Position numbers and translations under genes: made by a program. The notes beneath the pieces were generated by a model that was given only the letters and a program-made list of their open reading frames with translations, did not search any database and had not been told where the DNA came from. A DNA stretch of 64,000 bases from Antechinus flavipes (Eukaryota): NCBI RefSeq assembly GCF_016432865.1, contig NC_067399.1:20336001-20400000 (forward strand), given 5' to 3'. Below, one piece after another: positions 61,028 through 64,000 of this stretch (position 1 is its first letter; the number at the start of each line of letters is the position of its first letter).

Positions 61028-62397
61028 AATGCAGGATCATAAATCTCTATTTCAATTTAATTCTTAGGAGCAACATGAGCTAGTGGGTAAGAGTCCTGTG
61101 TTTGGAATCAAGGAATCTTGGATTCAAATGCTGGATGACCCCTGGCAAGTCAATTACCCTTTAAATGCATCTCAGAACAGAAGAGATATTCTGAGACAAG
61201 TCCCAAGAAAATGTCAGCTCTTACCCAAGTTCTTCCAATCCCTGACCACCTACAGACATGTGGATATAGTCTACGGTTTTATTACACAAATATTTCCAGT
61301 AAACCAAACTTCACCTCAATCACGAAGGAACCGGGGGTGCTTTTGGTGAAGGTCACTATAAATGTTAAGTTAGACAGAAAGTCCCACCTCTCTCTAGGTG
61401 TTAAGAACTTTCTAACTGGGGGCTTAGAGTGATTAAAACTGAACTCTTAATTTTTCACCTAAAACGGAAGCCAGACTATCATATCATTTCTTGGGTTTAA
61501 AATGAACTGATTATTCCAACAGAGGATCACAAATCCCTCTCAGCATCGTCCTGGTTTGGGATCCTGTTTCTCTGGGGCTCCTGGTCTACTCCTGGGAGAC
61601 AGCAAACTGATGATGGGAGGGTTTGGCAAGGATGGATATCTGATCTAAGGATGACCACTGCTTCCTGAGAGAGAAGCCCATCCCAGAGCCTTTTCTCACT
61701 GTTGCCAACATCCGCATCCCACAAAAACTTTCTTGCAAGCAGTCAGCGGCTGCCATCTTCATCAGTGGGACAGACACAGGCAGAGCATCATCTGGGTGAG
61801 AAGGACAAAGCACAATGTGGGTCCCTGCTCCCATGGAGCAGGATGATCCCAACTCCCTCAGTCTGATGCACAATATTATGTGGGAGAGGAGCGGTGGCTA
61901 ATCCCAGAGAGCCATTGTTGTGAGAGACCCGGTAATGATGGGGAGCACTAAGCATGGCCTGGGAGTTATGTGAAATGTGTGAGACTGGAGGGATGGAGTT
62001 ATCTTTCATTCCCCTTCCAAGGCGTCAACCCTACGGCATCATATAAACTAGGAGGACTAGATAGGTCCTTGAGGGAGCCGGAGTCCAGCTCTCTGTAACT
62101 CTTAAGTGTTTTCCTCTCCCAAAGGGAGTGTAGGCCTTAGAGTAGCCTCCTCTGACTCCTTGGGGCTGGAAAGGTTTCTGTTGCATATCTAGTCATAATC
62201 AAACAGTACTTAGTTCCATTACCTTCTCCATTTTTGCCTGATATTATCCATTTGGAACACTGTCTAGACCCATGGGAGAGATGTATTCATGGGCTCAAAT
62301 GTGAGTTCTTTCTGCCTGACATTTTCTCATTGAGGTGAACAATGCCATTCTGTACTCTATCTACTGTTAGTATGAATATTCAAAGGGAAGCTAACAA

Positions 62398-62605
62398 CAG
62401 TGTGCTGGTAAATGTTTAACAAGTGGCTTTCTGGGGTAAGGGTGTACCTTTTTTAGTTTAATCTGCATCGTTAAAATTTTCTCCCTCACTTTCTTAAGTC
62501 TAGGCAATCCACAAAACAATAAATCATGTCCTGATTTGTAAGGTTTGCTGATTTAGGGGGTGTCAATACTCATGCACTGAAAATTTAACAATCAGCTGGT
62601 AGGAG
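62398..62605 (+). mobile_element. Ancient hAT-type MITE (Arthur1-like), copy 3
   Basis: cagtgtgctggtaaatgtttaacaag terminus and cactgaaaatttaacaatcagct end. Confidence 0.6.
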
Positions 62606-62999
62606 TCATAGGAGATAATTTTGACACACCCCTGAAAGTAGAGTCTTTTTAATTTCATTTTATCTTATGTTTTCTGCAGAAACTTTTACATGAGAAAAAA
62701 TATGATGTTTCTAGGGGGAAAAAAGGAGGAAGAGCTAAAGGGAAATGATTTGTGAGAAGCCCCATGTTCTCTCCTTCCTCCAGATATACACACACACCAC
62801 ACATCCAGACACTCATTTCCCACCCTGAACACACACACACACACACACACACTCCTATACACACTGAATTTAGTCGTCTTTGTGAACAAGGAGCATTTGA
62901 TTCTGGGCCACAGGTCATTTCTCGGGGATTTTTCTTGGTGCAAAGTATCTGAGATTTGCAAAACAAACAAAAGATAGGTTCAAATGGAGTTTTAACAAA

Positions 63000-64000
63000 T
63001 CCTAAATAATGAGTGAGTCAAAGAACAAATCATTGAAGATATTAATAGTTATATAAAAATGATAATGATAAAACAGCTTGCCAAAATTTCTAAGAAATAG
63101 CTAAAGCAATTGGGGCATGGGGAAGGAAGAAGGATTATACTATTAAAATATACCTTAACAAAATAAAAAGGAAGAGGATTAATGACCTAAAAATATGCAT
63201 TTTTAGAAAGCCAACAAGTAAACATAAAATAAACACAAAAGAAGATATATTTGAGGAATTGAAGGTTTTAGAATAGCAAGTGGTTAATTTTTGGAATTGA
63301 GTGAATCATATTGATTCCATCTTGTGATTCAGTTCTAAATTCAATTCTGATTCAAGCCCAGTTCCCTTTCTATTCAATAAGTTTAGTTCAAATTCTGTCT
63401 TATCAGGAAACTTTATTCCAGTTGTGGGAATTGGAAGAAAACCTTATTGTATTGTTTGAAGGTACCCCCATATATCTAAGAAACTGGATCACTTCTATTT
63501 GTTATATAGAAGCCAAAGACTTAGGTCACCTGGACCAGTTAGATACAAAGATAAAGGCAAGCAGTTTCCCTAATCTTTTATCCAATTAGAAATGAAATTA
63601 CCCAATGTTGTGTTGTTTCCTTTTCATTAATTACTTTTATTTCATTCATTGTTTTAATGTATAAAAGTCTGTCTGTCCCTGTATTCAGAGTCCAGGCCTA
63701 AACTGAAGAAATCTCATTCTGGTTTGTTGGGCAACTACCACACCTTGCTTAATAAATCTTAATTTATTAAATTTATTAAAATAAATGCTTAAAAATAAAT
63801 AAATATTCTAGGAAGATAGGATCTCTGTTTCCTCGATTATTTCATCTTTCATTCACCACATATTAAAAGCTAGAGATGAAATGGACAAACTGAAAACAAA
63901 ACAAAAACAAAACAACCCTAGAAACAATAAATAAAAATAAAACCTGTTCTTTAAAAAGACTAACAAATTTTATAAAAATGTAGCCAAACTGATTAAAAAA
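63000..64000 (+). mobile_element. Degenerate L1 ORF2 fragments with intervening MIR/CR1 bits
   Basis: A-rich L1 strings (aaataaataaaaataaaacctg.tcttt.aaaagactaacaaa). Confidence 0.5.

Noticed and set aside
1-64000. CRISPR arrays, rRNA, tRNA or prokaryotic systems
   Set aside because: Mammalian DNA; tRNA-like A/B boxes occur only as SINE heads and no regularly spaced repeat-spacer array was seen.

Overview
Eukaryotic genomic DNA, almost certainly a marsupial and probably a dasyurid such as the Tasmanian devil. This is inferred from marsupial-type L1 3' ends, CORE-SINEs, RTE remnants and an OC1-type hAT MITE. The assembly has two N-gaps. I reconstructed five intact protein-coding genes by hand from splice sites and reading frames. 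(1) REG/lithostathine-like secreted C-type lectin A (+, CDS 7455-9620, 169 aa). (2) REG-like lectin B (+, CDS 28100-30694, 176 aa), with a poly-Ala prosegment and an extra cysteine. (3) A type II membrane C-type lectin (+, CDS 35890-47639, 383 aa) with a langerin/CD207-like N-terminus but a CLEC4F-like neck and QPD-type CRD. (4) TPRKB (+, CDS 51842-53794, 175 aa), downstream of a CpG-island promoter. (5) A NAT8/camello-family GNAT acetyltransferase (-, single-exon CDS 59380-60066). Two REG pseudogenes lie between A and B. The most unusual structures are: two long inverted repeats, each with a ~500-bp spacer, at REG-B (one brackets exon 5, the other is ~98% identical over 190 bp); a 1.16-1.19 kb tandem duplication that truncates a copy of lectin exon 3 (identical ends and diverged middle, so possibly two alleles mis-assembled); an L1 3' transduction with 17-bp TSDs; and a REG-CLEC4F/CD207-TPRKB-NAT8 gene order that is spread over several Mb in human. 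All calls come from reading the sequence by eye and recalling family sequences; no searches were run. Most short ORFs in the supplied track are spurious.
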